From NCBI GenBank assembly GCA_030704615.1, contig CM060734.1, forward strand, positions 8,494,001-8,558,000: a stretch of 64,000 bases of DNA, in the 5' to 3' direction. This document shows positions 46,496-60,138 of the stretch, piece by piece. The position numbers and the translations under genes are program-made. Position 1 is the first letter of the stretch. The number at the start of each line of letters is the position of its first letter. Below the pieces are notes generated by a model that made no database searches, had not been told where the DNA came from, and saw only the letters and a list, made by a program, of their open reading frames with translations. This DNA comes from Takakia lepidozioides (lineage: Eukaryota > Plantae > Bryophyta).

Positions 46496-47746
46496 TGTCG
46501 CGCGGCTTTTACTCACCCATCCCTTCGCTATCCGAGGCGGAAACTCCAAGATAGAAGAGTTGGAAATCTCTAAGTACTCAGCCCGCGCAGAACAATCAGT
46601 CATGACCTACAGCTAGTGTATCATGGGGGTGTTTCCTATTTGTTTCCTTTTCCGCATTCATCTTAGCTACCTTACCATTGATAATTAAGTATCAGTTTGC
46701 TTCATCAATTTATCGGTTTCCTTAACTCCTCCATTCAATCCACAGCTTCACTCAGATCTCTCTACACAGTGTGATTGTATCGTATAAGTATCAGATTATG
46801 ATTTATCAGGTATCAGGCCGAAGCCATTATGTCTCTAATCTGCTCTACAATATCACTCTAGCTTTGCATATGACAAGCATCTACTAATCCTCTTTCCTCC
46901 TTCATCGTGCTCTCCGATCTCCGCTCCTGCCTGTCTCCGAAGTCCTCCCCGAATAATGATCCCCTTCCTATTCCCCGTTCTTCCCTTTATCCTCCTATCC
47001 GCGGTTCTAACCGTTTCCCTCTCTAACCGTCGTATGTGAACTAACATGTTCCCTTCACTGGTGTTGTTCCCCACAGTCGTTCCCTGTCCTACTCTTCGTT
47101 CCCTATTATCGTGACAGCTGTGTCAAGCGGTGACTGGCTGTGTTTGGCTGTGTCGGGCTGTGACTGGCTGTGTGTGCTGTGCCGGGCTGTGACTGGCTGT
47201 GTGGGCTGTGTCTGCTGTGACGGGTGTGTGGGCTGTGTGGGCTGTGGTGTTTGCTGTGACGACTGTGACGGGCTGTGTGTTGGCTGTGTGGGCTGTGACG
47301 GCTGTGTCGGCGGTGTGGGATTGGTGGGCTGTGACGATGTGACGGGCTTGTTGGCTGTGTGGGCTGTGACGGCTGTGTCGGCTGTGTGGGCTGTGACGAC
47401 TGTGACGGGCTGTGTTGGCTGTGTGGGCTGTGACGCTGTGTCGGCTGTGTGGGCTGTGACGACTGTGACGGGCTGTGTTGGGCTGTGTGGGCTGTGACGG
47501 CTGTGTCGGCTGTGTGGGCTGTGACGACTGTGACGGGCTGTGTTGGTGTGTGGGTTGTGACGACTGTGACGGGCTGTGTTGGCTGTGTGGGCTGTGACTG
47601 CTGTGTCGGCTGTGTGGGCTATGTAACCCCCCTCTACAGTGCGCTGCTGTCACCCCTAAGGTTCCTGTTTGTCTCAGTCTGTGCAAAAATTAAGGGTACC
47701 CTACAGATCCCGTATAAGTGTCTAAGTCCCCTACAGTCCTCTAACA
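46496..47746 (-). repeat. 3' LTR of A4 with an expanded GCTGTG tract (~47111-47625)
   Basis: tgtcgcgcgg...ctctaaca on plus; matches 59034-59638. Confidence 0.95.
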
Positions 47747-47777
47747 TTATCCCTTCCCCCCTCAAAAAGCCGTGTCC

Positions 47778-50700
47778 TCACGGTTTACTGTTTCCGAGTA
47801 GCAACCCTTTGTGAGTGAGCACCTTGTTGACGTGAGAGTTTCGTGGTGGGCTGTGTGTACGAGCCCGAGGTCTGTCTCTGGTTGATGGAGATGGTTGATC
47901 ACTACCTGGATAAGTGAGGCCTTCTGGAGGTTGATATCGAGGTAATCTTTCCGGCATAGGAGATCCCCTTTGTTTCTTCTCTTCCATCTGAATTGCATAG
48001 TCTTCTCCCATGTCAAAAGAATTTTGTGAAGAAACAGTTGTATCAGAATCCTCATCGCCTCTCAGGTGTTTTAATTTTCGAACTTTTTGTGGAATCATCT
48101 GGGGCATACAATGCTGTCCTACCATGTCTGGAAGTTTGCATTTACAACCTGGTGTAACGTTGAACAGCAAAATGGTGTAGACACTGAGCTCCTTGTCTGT
48201 CCAGATGAGTGGGGTACCAATTACTGGTGCCGCGTGCAAGTATTTCCATGCGATATGTCCCTTATAGAAAATGTCATCAAGTCCGAATTTCTGTGTTGAC
48301 AAATTGTTGCAGGTGCTTGAAACCATGAACGAATTTGAGAATCCTTTTGTATCATAACTTTTGGGTCATATAGGTACATATGAGGTGGCCCGAAGGTAAT
48401 ACCCAATGATCTCCACTGGAGTAACTTTGAAAGCGTGCTTGCATCTTTTGTTGCTCTATGTGGTAACGTATCAGGAAACAAGCAGCGTAGTATAGCCCGC
48501 ACCCCATGACAATACTTGCTATCTCCTTGGTCTTGGTATAAATGAGTCCATGTACAACCTGGAAAGCAACCAATTCCCTCAACATGGTACCTGCCTCGTG
48601 CCAGTATTGTGCAAAGTGATGATCTTCAATATGTCGATTGTTTGGAAGAACTTTAGTCCTGGTTGCCACTGGCAGCCAAATACGCATGATTTGGTAGTAA
48701 TGTGCGAATGACTGCGGAGGACTAAATTCTTTCCAAGCCAAATCCAACATGATGGGAATTTGGTTGAAGGGCATAATCATAGCCCTACTGTACTCCCTTG
48801 GCAGCTGGAGTTTAGGTGGGTTAAAAGCTGCATTGCCCCATACTCCGGCTGTGGTGGCTGTGGTGTGGTTTGTAGTAACCACAGGTTCAGCTACTGGTAC
48901 ACTGACCTGTTGTGGTGGTGGTGGTACTGGTTCCTGTACCATTGGCATCTCCTGCACCTCCTGTGAAGACTGAAAAGCCAGAGTTCTGGCTTGCAAATAA
49001 GAAGCCATTAGCTGTTCCTGAGGGATATAGACTCTTTGGTCGATGTTTGAAGTGAGGTCTTCCACTTGAGTCTGGAGTCCGTCTACATCCTCTTGTAACT
49101 CTGCTATCCTACTATAGACATTGTCTATAGTAGTTGTGGCAATGTTCTGCACCTGCAGTCTGAGCTCATTCATCTCGCTTTGGGTGAGCTTCCGTGGGCT
49201 TTGCCCTCTACTGGCCCTTGTGCTAACCAGACCTGCATAAGGCTGTTATCCACCAAGCTGCTTGTGGTTCCCCTGAGAGTTTGCTCCTCTCTTAGCTTAT
49301 ACAATTCCAACTGCTGTTGTAAAGCCTTCATGCGCTTCGCCTGTGGCTCAACCAATTGCGCATAGGCAGCAAGTAGATTATTGGCTTCTTTCGAAGCCTT
49401 GTTACTGACCGCGATTTCATTTCTATTGGCCACGATGGTTTGTTGCAACTCCACGATGTATTCTCCTTCTCAGCTTCCATCTGCCTGTATTGCTTGAAAG
49501 TATCTTCATTGCGACAGATTGTATTCTTCATATCGACAATGAGCTTCATGTGCTCCACATTCTCTTCTTCTGCCTTCGTACATTTTTCCGCTTGACTGTT
49601 TATTTCTTTTGTTGATTGGTCAAGCATAGTTGTAAATGTAGCGCATTGTATCGCCATCCTGTTATGCACTGTCTGCAACTCCGTATGTAGTGCATTCAGT
49701 TCTTGCAACTTGCTTTCATGCTGCACTGCATTTGGTATAGCTGTTGCTTATGTGCTTCGTGCAACTGGTCTTGCGCGAGGCCTGCCTCAATCAATTGTTG
49801 CTTGGCCAATTGCAAAAGCCATTTCTGTATTGGCCAAGTCCCTCTCATCTTGAGAGTGACCTCTTCATCGACCTTGTTTGAACACTCAGTGGCAAGTCGA
49901 GCCTCAAACTCCTTCCTGAGTTCTTCTTTCAAGGCTGTCAATTGGGTAATTGGAACATGGGTTTTGACATAAGTCCCCAACAAATTAAGTGTCCTGCCTA
50001 TGGAATTCATCAGCATTGCCTGTTGAGGGTCATCATGGTGAGGTTGCTGCTGTTCCTCCCGATCTTCAACAGTATGATGTTCACTAACCATTCAGACCAT
50101 GTCCCACCGGATTTTCTTCCTGAACTACTTCATTATGACCGGTGCTACAGTGTCATGGCCTTCCGCCTGTGGTACCTCCGACACAGGTGTGTGCATTATA
50201 TGTACCTCAGGATTTCTCTTGGGCAACTGTTGCACCTCTGGGATTTCTGTCTGCTTGACCAGACCAGAATATTCATAGAGAAGGTCCCCTTCTCTATTTC
50301 CGCCACTATCTGTTCTGTAGTTGGAATATCTATCCCTTCACTTTCCAAATCTATTATTTCGGGTTGAGCTGCATGGATAACTTGTGACCTTGTGACAAGT
50401 CGTTCAAGTGGCTGTGTTGGTTGTGATGCAGAAGTAACTTCTTCCTCCCTCTCTGAAGGTCCTGCTTCCAGTAATAACATTCTTTGTGCTGCTGTCCCCT
50501 CCCTGGTAATGAGCTTGGGAAACATTATCATGCGGAATCCGTGAAGCCAGTGGATCCGCCACTACAGTCTTTTCCCTTCTCTGCTCTTAGTCTCGGGTTG
50601 TGCTGCTAGTCCACCTCACTGTGTGAAGAGCCTTGCTCTTCATTGCAGTTGTTTCTGGCTCAAACACTCCCATTTCCTTCCTTTCTTGTGCATTAAGTAT

Positions 50701-51325
50701 GCCAGAACTAAGGATTATTTGAGCAATGATTGGGCCAGACACTATGATAGGAGATTTGCGGTAGTACCGTGTAATCTTTTCATTTCATCCTCTACCAGTG
50801 CGTTGTACATTATGTCCGCCCATGGTACCTCTTGTCCCTTCAAGCCTATGAGGATTTCCTCTGTGAAGGATCTGCTCAAATATTGTTGGTTCTGTTTCAG
50901 GGGCAATCAGAACGTTCAATACTTGGCCTATGTCTTTTAACCTGGGTACACAGCTTTGGTACAAGCATAACCCTGAGTTTTAAAGAAACTCCCTTCTTGG
51001 AATAAATCCCCTATTTGCAGTCTTTCTCTGTGTTCTTCCACATACACATGACCTTCTGGCAATCGAAACAATTGCTGGAGGTTATAGGGGAGTAATCATT
51101 AATTCAACTCCCTTCACCGTTGTTGTTCCTGTTTGGCTCAAAGTTCTGCAAAAAATTGTAACATGTACTGTCTATGGTGAGTGTCCAATCCATGCTTTGC
51201 AATCCTTCCAATCTCAGCTCCATTCAGTATCTTTATCGCCTGTGGGGGTAGCCATCGTTTGTTTCTGCAGAATTGTGGTGCTCTTCACCCTGATTTTCCT
51301 CCATTCCTCTCACTCTCTTCATCTT
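47778..51325 (-). pseudogene. Accessory ORF of A4 (many 1-bp indels)
   Basis: ORFs 50196..50531, 49696..50091, 49328..49726, 49170..49454, 48352..49173 and 47778..48326 are homologous to A1/A2. Confidence 0.9.
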
Positions 51326-52329
51326 AGACTCACAGAATGCTTTGGCTGTAAACAACTGCAGGAATGCCTTGTAGTGCACAAAGCAGAAACGTATGGTTGC
51401 CGCAGAAAGCTATGGGTAATCTCTTGTAAGCCTGCGGGGCTTGCAAGCATTGTTCAAGAGAAAAGCTCTGCTCTTCGTTTCGTGTCTCTGCCATTGCGTA
51501 AAAATATTGCGAGCGTATAGTCTGTTAGTTCCTCCATAGTTTCCACGTTATAGCATTATGGCCTGTCCTGTCGAGACGCCCGTTACTCAGAACGACGCCG
51601 CCTCTTGCGCTTAATTCCCTCCATTTTCTGATCATTTCTCTGGTTTTCTATTGGCTGTATCCGCTGTGACTGGATTTAACTTTATCTTCTTTAGTGGACT
51701 TTCCTGTTGGATAGTCCACTAGGATCACACATGCGACATGAATTCAGTTTTTCTGTACTTGCCGTTCGTTCTGTTTCCTTTTTCCGTATTCATTAATGGG
51801 CCCGCCTTTCATCCCTTTTGACGGCCGTTCTTGTCCTCTTTCTTTTGACACCTGTCCTTGCACTTTCATTCTCTGCTGTGTGTCGCACCTGACCTCCACG
51901 TGTCTATTTTTAAATTAATTCCGTTTCTTCTTCCTTCAGCCATTTCCTGAAGTTTTATGTGTCCACTTGTCACTGATTCTATGGATCGTGTAACTTAGTA
52001 GGCTGTGTTGAGCGAGTTGTGACAGGCTGTGTCATACTGTGTTACGCTGTGATAGGCTGTGTTGCACTGTGGTAAGCTGTGATAGGCGTGTGACACGCTT
52101 TGCGTAGGTTGTGATAGGCTGGGCTGTGTAGTCGGGAAGGGCTGTGATAGGTGTGTGTCACGCCGTGCTGGGCTGTGTGATAGGTGTGTCACCCGTGATG
52201 GGCTGTGATAGGTATATGACGCGGTTGGGCTGTGATAGCGGGTGTGTCACGCCGTGATGGGCTGTGATAGGCTGTGTATCACGCCGTGATGGGCTGTGAT
52301 AGGCTGTGTCACGTTTGTTTTGCCCACCC

Positions 52330-55300
52330 GGTCATATATACTGGCCTAGCGACAAGTGTTCCATACTCCGTTCGTACACTGGTGCAGCCCGTGACTGCTC
52401 TTGCGGTTCAACATGCAAATCATGCTGCAGGGGTTTGTCATGGATACCACTGTACCCCTTCAACTTATTTGCATTGACTCTTCCCAGCATTTCTTTGTTA
52501 ATGGTTTGTAACATGGCTGTGTTGTTATCATACATCTTTTGTATGACATAAGGTCCTTTCCATGGTGATTTAAGCTTAGAAGCTTGAATCTTTCCTTTCT
52601 TCTGCAACCATAGAACCAAATCCCCCGTCTTAAAAGTCTTTAATTGCCTTCATCAAACTGTTCCTTTCGCTTCATCTGAATTCTGGTCATATTATCCGCT
52701 GCATCAGCACGTACTTCTTCCACATGGTATAATTCATGTTTCCTGACCTTGATGGAGTCTTGCAATTCCATTCTTTTTCCCCCTCCGTTCTCATGGTAGG
52801 TAACAGGAATTCCACTGGAAGTAAGGCTTCCATACCATAAACTAATTGGAATGGTGTATACTTGTGGTGACTTTATACGAAGTCCTGTATGACCATAAAG
52901 CTGTCAGCAGCTTTGTATCCCAATCCGTTCTGTTGCATTGACTATCTTAGCCAAGATAGTACATAGTATTTTGTTGGTAGCCTCTGCCTGTCATTACCCT
53001 GTGGTAATATGTTGTACTCTTTCTATGCACAATCATAAACTCTTTAGTCAATAACTCAATGGTCTCATTCATGAAGTGACTTCCTTGATCACTGATAAAT
53101 TCTAAGGGACATCCAAATCGTGTAAGTATGTTCTCGTACAGGAACCTTGCTGTGGACTTGGCTGTGTTGTCCCTCAAAGCTTTAGCTTCCACCCACTTTG
53201 TAGTATAATCAGTGGCTGTATTAATGTACCTGTAATTTGTACCTGTTTTGTCTTGGATGGTGGATTAATTGGTCCAACAAAGTCTAGTCCCCATTTCTGA
53301 AATGGTTCCGTAGGCATTGTAGGATGCAAGGCCATTCTTCCAGATCTCTGCAAAGGTCCTAGCCTCTGACATTCATCACACTTCTGACAATACTCATGTA
53401 CATCTTTGACCAAGTAGGCCACCAGTATCCTGCGAGTAGTATCTTTCTACTGGTAGTCTCTTCTCCAAAATGACCTCCAGCCACTCCTTTATGAACTTTC
53501 CTCCAAGACTTTATTTACTTCATGGTGGTACAAGCATCGTTTTAGTACTCCATCAGGTCCTAACTTACATTCTGCTTCCTACCATAGTATAAGGTAAAGC
53601 TCTGATAGCAATTCTCTTCCTCTGCTCCTTACCATAACTAGGTGGGCACTGACCATGAGCAAGGTAGTATCTGATTGGCCACTGCCAATCTAACCATTCA
53701 TCTGCACTTCCTTGCACCTCCATTACAAAAAAACTCGCATCAGGTAACTGATCGTCCACTCCTGTGGCGGCCTCTCCTGTTGTTAGTCGTGACAAATGAT
53801 CTGCCACAAGATGCAAACGGCCAGGCTTGTAAATAACTCGAACTCAAACTCATGCAAGATTATTAACCACCTCGCTATCCTTCCACTTATCAAAGGTTTG
53901 TTCACCAGATATATCAGAGCCTGGTGATCCACATAAAACATAAACTTTCTTCCCAATAGGTAATGCCTGAATTTCTTCACTGCATAGATCATTGCCAATG
54001 CTTCTTTTCCGTTGTGCTATAGTTCCTCTCAGCACTGTTCATCAACCGGCTAGCATAGTACACAGGTGAATCTATATTCCCTGTAACATTCTGGGCTAAC
54101 ACCGCTCCCAACGCTTCTCCTGATGCATCGCAGTGAACATGAAATACTACATGCCAGTGAGGGTTAATCAGCACAGGTGTAGTTGTACTGACAGTGTAAG
54201 TTCCTCAAACGCCTGTTGACATTCAGCTGTCCATGCAAACACTGCATCTTTCTTCAGAAGCTTGCTCAATGGTGCTGCTATTTGTGCATACCTTTGACAA
54301 ATCTTCTGTAATAACTGGTTTGCCCAAGGAATCTCCTTAAACTCTTAACATTCACTGGTGGTGGAGAGGCTTTAATGGACTCTGTCTTCCTGGGATCCAC
54401 AAGGAGTCCCTTCTTACACACAATGTGTCCCAGAAGCACCCCTGAGTTCACACAGAAAGTACACTTCTCTGGATTCAAGCCCAGACCTCTCATCCTGCAT
54501 CTGGCCAGGCATAACTCCAATTTATGCAAGTGCTCATTCTTAGAGCTGTACACACTGAAATCATCAAAAACACCTGCATGAAATCATCCAGATACTCATG
54601 AAAAGATTCACTTATCACTCTCTGAAAGGTCGCTGGTGCATTACAAAGTCCAAAGGGCATGACTTTGTATGCATAAGCCCCCCAGTCTGTGATGAAAGCT
54701 GTTTTCCCTTGGTCTTCTTCTGCCACTTGCACTTGATTATAACCACTGAAGCCATCCATGAATGAGTACATCTCATGGCCTGCCACAGTGTGTCTAATAC
54801 TGCTTCTGTGAATGGCAAAGGGAAAGGATCTTTCTTCGTACAAGCATTCAGCTTCTTATAGTTCACACATACTCTTAGTTTGCCATTCTTCTTGGGAACT
54901 ATAACAATGGGTGACAACCAAGTTGTATACTCTATTGGGTATATAAACTTAGCCTCAGCCAACTTCTTTATCTCTTCTCCAACCTTCTGTGCGTAGTTGG
55001 GATTCATTCTATACCTCGCCTGCTTGATTGGTACTGACCCTGGTTCCAGTTCAATTATGCTGACAGACTTCAGGTGGTATCCCTTTTAGATCCTCATAGC
55101 TCCAAGCAAATACATCTCTGTATATTTGATGAACAAGCTTTTGCTTCTTCGAAGAATTCCGCTCCAAATCAGCTCCTACTTTCACCATCCTCGGTTCCTC
55201 GAGTTCCCACATTACTTCTCTCACCTGCTCATCAGCTGTGATTGTCAACCGGTCACCACTTCATCCTGTAAGCTCACAGTGGCTGGTTCTTCTAGGATTT

Positions 55301-58290
55301 CTATTTCTCCTTCTCTTTCTTCATAGAAATGTGATGGGTAAATGCTGGTTTCTCTTCAGTTGGTGTTGCTGTCACTACACCACAGCAGATACCTCTCAAA
55401 CAACTTAGGCTTTCCAGCCGCATCTCTGCAACCTGCTCCCATTCTGGGTGTGCAGCAAATAGGGTAGCTTCCTGCTCCTCATCCAGTCCTCCCTCCAGTC
55501 ATACTCTCTGACTCCTCGAGGTCTTCTTGTAGCAGGTAATCTACTAGATTTCTTTGTGGTAATTTGTATCTCGTGCATCCCATTATGCACAGTTAGTAAC
55601 TGAGAATTCCAGTCATGGAATACCCTGGCCTGTTTCAGCCACGGACGTCCCAATAATAAGGAGTAAGCCTCCATGACTTCATCCATTTTTAATACAGTTA
55701 CTGTGATCATAAAGATCATTCTGTATCTGTATCTTAACTCCTCTTATTAATCCCAATGGCTGTACACTTCTTTGATCTGCCATTGTTACTGTAAATGGGG
55801 GCTGGTTTCATGTTACTTAGACCAAGCTTCTTCCTTAATTGGTCTGTCATGATATTTACTCCAGAACCACCATCTATCAGTACATCAGTTAGTTCTGTGC
55901 TTCCAATTCTCAATTGGATTACTGGCATAGAATCATCAAAGTCCATGACTGTTCTCGCCTTCCGGCTTCACATTATAACTGGTCACCTTGCTGTTCAGGT
56001 CTGTGTTTCCTGTCTCTTGGGCAATTCGATTGATTGCCTGATACAGCCTGTGCCTACAATAAGGTGCCACAGCTAATAGCTGTCCAATGGTAATTTCTGC
56101 TTTGGTCTGACATATTACTTCAGCCAAAGTCTCTTCATTACTTTGCATGTCTGCATCTTCTTTTTCCTTTCTTCCTCACTCCCCTCTTTTTCTCCATCCG
56201 AATCAGAGGAATCTGCCACAGGAATATCAGTACTCTTTGCATTTCCCTTATAGTATCTGCCACTTCCTTGTGCAGTTCCTTCTCATCCTTCCAAGTCTCT
56301 TCATCTTCAGGCATATCATTGCCACTTCCAGTCTCATCTTCTTCCTCTTCTACTGGAGGTATTAGTTTGGCTTTACTTCTTGTTACTATCATTGTACTTA
56401 CTTCTGGTACAACACATGGCCTAACCATGTGAGCTGCCACCACTGGGCCCTCATTCACAGGAGCTCTCATCTCATTCTGGTGTCTTATCCAGAATGAACA
56501 GGCTGCCTTGCGATGTCCTGGCTGATTACAATAGTAACATAGCTCTTCACCATTGGGTCCTCGCCCTTGGTCTGGTCTTGGATTATTTCTATAATCCTGA
56601 TTCCCGGGCTGGTAATTCCCCCTTGGATTACCCTGATAGTTGCCTCTGGAATTTCCTTGGTAATTCCCTCTTGAATTACCTCTCCCTTCCATGCCATTGT
56701 TATAACCACCAGACCTACCATAGTGGTCCTGATCATTGCTTCTTCTTGGCTGGGGCTGCACCTGATGCACCCTTACTTGCCTAGGTTTCTCTTGCAGCTG
56801 TCCTTCTGTTGTAGTAACAATTCTCAGTAGAATGGTTATCCATTTTACAGATAGTACAGTGTTTCTCCTTCATGTGGCATTCTGTGGTGGTATGGCCTTC
56901 ATTCTGGCACTTTGCACACCATACACCTTCCTCCAATGTGTTGCAGCCTCTGTGGCATACTTCTTCAAGATTTCTTCCAATCTTTTCTCATAGTTATCCC
57001 TCTTCAACTTTTCCTTTCTCTTACTCTTCTTTTTAGTTCTTGCTCTTCTTCTTCATCTGACTCATCTTCAGAGTCCTCATCTTCCTTTTCTCTCTCCTGA
57101 GCATTCCCAATTGCTCAATTCTGTTTGCAGTTTCAAATGCCTCCTCCACTGTATTATGGGGTAACATATCCACTTTCTTCTGCAACTCTGGTCTTAGTCC
57201 ACTCACAAACCAAGTCTTCTGTAAACCGGGTGCTGGTACTGCAGCCAGCTTTTTCATCATCAATTCCATCTTTCCATATACTCTTCAACAGTTTCATGCT
57301 TCTTTGCTTCAGCTGTTGTAAACTTCCATACACTTCATCCTCAGTTTTACTTGTCCTGAACCTATTTCGAAATGCTGTATTCAAGCCATTCCAGGTTAGG
57401 AAATGATTATCAGGGAATCTTGCATACCATTCACTTGCTTTCTTGATAAGTGAACAAGGAAACAGTCTCATCTTGGCATCATCGCCATTCTCATTGTTCA
57501 CTATACACATGTGCTCAAATTGGCTAATGTGTACATCGGGATCCCTTTTCCTGAATATATTGGAAAGGGTGGTTTTGCCCGTGTTGGTTGTAACGCCATC
57601 TGTGGGCCCTACCTTCTGCCCACTGACAGGTGCTGGCACCCTTGCTGGTGCTGGTCCTTCTGGACCTGTTGTTTTGTGGTGGATTCCACCAAGTGGTGGC
57701 CCTTGAGCACTCCCTGCTTCTGGCCCCACGATATTCACAGTATTCCCAGCTTCAGTTGCACTACTTCCCACACTCCCTGTCCCCCAGAGCCAGATCCAGG
57801 CAGCCCGCCTGATCCCCCTGAGCCGACACCTTCGTTGGCCTGTGATCCAAGTGCTCCACTTGATCCAGGTCCAACGGGTTGGGATGTCCTGGTTGTAGTC
57901 TCAACCTCAGCTGTTGGGTCTACTTCTTCATATTTCCTCTTCCAATTTCTTCTCTCTGTTTTCATCCTCCAAGTTCTGCCCTTGGGTTTCTTCTTCACTC
58001 ATGTAACTCAACTGTAATGGTGTTGGAGAGTCTGAACTCTCCGTTGGCCTCTGCCACAATCTCATCTCCTTCTTCACCTTCTGCTTCAGAAACTGGAGTT
58101 CCTGCTTTTGGTGTTCCATGCCAACTCTTATCAAAGATTTCTGTCAAGTCTTTTATCCAGGATGTACCTCAGATCTTTCACCTCGTGATTGATCTTCTTC
58201 CTGTACCAATTCCCTTAATCTTTCTTGCAAAGAAAAGAAGAAGGAGTGCATCCAACTCTAGTTCTTCCGGTATAGGTGATGCACTTTTGA
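52330..58290 (-). pseudogene. gag-pol: gag-pol of A4 (frameshifted)
   Basis: Capsid 57033-57771; CYYCNQPGHRKAAC knuckle ~56500-56545; protease ~55400-55950; RT ~54280-55250; RNase H ~53850-54200; integrase ~52330-53600. Confidence 0.95.
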
Positions 58291-59013
58291 TCTTGATGGT
58301 GTGAGAGAGGTCCAGATGATTCCCCTATGTCTATTCCTCTCTCCCAAAAGATATGGATAATTAGCTTTCAGATAGCTTTCTCTTTTTGACTGAATATCTT
58401 TGTCGTCTAGCTTCTCTTTCATCACTCATGTCCATGTCTTTCATTTCTTTTAATGTGGCAATAACCAAACTCTCTTCTGTAATATCTCTCGTATATGCCT
58501 GGATTTCTTTCAAGCTTCAATGCACCCTTGGCTATACTTGAAGTCTCCGTTACCATATAACCATATGGCAAACAAGTCTGAAAGCTGTTCTTGGTGTGAG
58601 TTTGATCCACAAATATCCTTTGGAATCCAATTCTTTACCAGTACAAGCTCTTCATGCATATGAGTATAACATTCACCTTCTTTCTTCCCAGCCTTCAAAC
58701 TCTACTAGTTTAATGGATAGCAATGCTATCACATAAACCAATGTTGGTAACCAACGTGCTCTTCCTCTACAGGCTACCTGATAAATCTTTATCACTTTTC
58801 TCCAGACCCCATTCTGGATCAGCATCATGCACTCGTTTTAAGAATATTTTCTTTAACATCCGTCTGGCAATTCCAAGAACCTTGAAAGGAATTGTTTGGA
58901 CAATCTTTCTTCCTTCGTTCCACAGGGAATTTGATTCACTTCAAATTCTTTAATGGTCCAACCACCATGATCCCACCAGATGCCTGTCACATCTGGTTGT
59001 TTCATGTCCCAGG

Positions 59014-59031
59014 TCCCCAGTATGGTCGCCA
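59014..59031 (-). promoter_or_regulatory. Primer-binding site (tRNA-Arg-like)
   Basis: TGGCGACCATACTGGGGA adjacent to the LTR end at 59034. Confidence 0.75.
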
Positions 59032-59638
59032 AATGTCGCGCGGCTTTTACTCACCCATCCCTTCGCTATCCGAGGCGGGGAAACTCCAAGATAGAAGAGT
59101 TGGAAATCTCTAAGTTACTCAGCCCGCGCAGAACAATCAGTCATGACCTACAGCTAGTGTATCATGGGGGTGTTTCCTATTTGTTCCTTTTCGCATCATC
59201 TTAGCTACCTTACCATTGTAATTAAGTATCAGTTTGCTTCATCAATTTATCGGTTTCCTTAACTCATCATTCAATCCACAGCTTCACTCAATCTCTCTAC
59301 ACAGTGTGATTGTATCGAATAAGTATCAGATTATGATTTATCAGGTATCAGGCCGAAGCCATTATGTCTTAATCTGACTCTACAATATCACCTACTGTTT
59401 GCATATGACAAGCATCTACTAATCCTCTTTCCTACATTCATAGGCTATCCGATCTCCGCTCACGCCTGTCTCCGAAGTCCTCCCCGAATAATGATTTCCC
59501 CTTCCTTCTTCCCCGTTCTTTCCCTTTAGCCTCCTATCCGCGGTTCTAACCGTTTCCCTCTCTAACCGGCGGATGTGGAACTAACATGTTCCTTCACTGG
59601 TGTTGTTCCCCACAGTCGTTCCCTGTCCTACTATTCGT

Positions 59639-60138
59639 NNNNNNNNNNNNNNNNNNNNNNNNNNNNNNNNNNNNNNNNNNNNNNNNNNNNNNNNNNNNNN
59701 NNNNNNNNNNNNNNNNNNNNNNNNNNNNNNNNNNNNNNNNNNNNNNNNNNNNNNNNNNNNNNNNNNNNNNNNNNNNNNNNNNNNNNNNNNNNNNNNNNNN
59801 NNNNNNNNNNNNNNNNNNNNNNNNNNNNNNNNNNNNNNNNNNNNNNNNNNNNNNNNNNNNNNNNNNNNNNNNNNNNNNNNNNNNNNNNNNNNNNNNNNNN
59901 NNNNNNNNNNNNNNNNNNNNNNNNNNNNNNNNNNNNNNNNNNNNNNNNNNNNNNNNNNNNNNNNNNNNNNNNNNNNNNNNNNNNNNNNNNNNNNNNNNNN
60001 NNNNNNNNNNNNNNNNNNNNNNNNNNNNNNNNNNNNNNNNNNNNNNNNNNNNNNNNNNNNNNNNNNNNNNNNNNNNNNNNNNNNNNNNNNNNNNNNNNNN
60101 NNNNNNNNNNNNNNNNNNNNNNNNNNNNNNNNNNNNNN
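59639..60138. other. Assembly gap (500 N)
   Basis: N run; the right flank is not LTR sequence, so this is probably a scaffold join. Confidence 1.

Larger units (their letters stand above)
46496..59638 (-). mobile_element. Near full-length Ty3/Gypsy family A element (A4); 5' LTR runs into the gap
   Basis: 5' LTR 59034->59638, PBS 59014-59031, gag-PR-RT-RH-IN, accessory ORF, PPT ~47750-47763, 3' LTR 46496-47746. No chromodomain or additional RNase H seen. Confidence 0.95.

Noticed and set aside
47111-47814. Cys/Gly-rich or His/Ser-rich ORFs (metallothionein-like)
   Set aside because: Artefact of the GCTGTG repeat inside the LTR.
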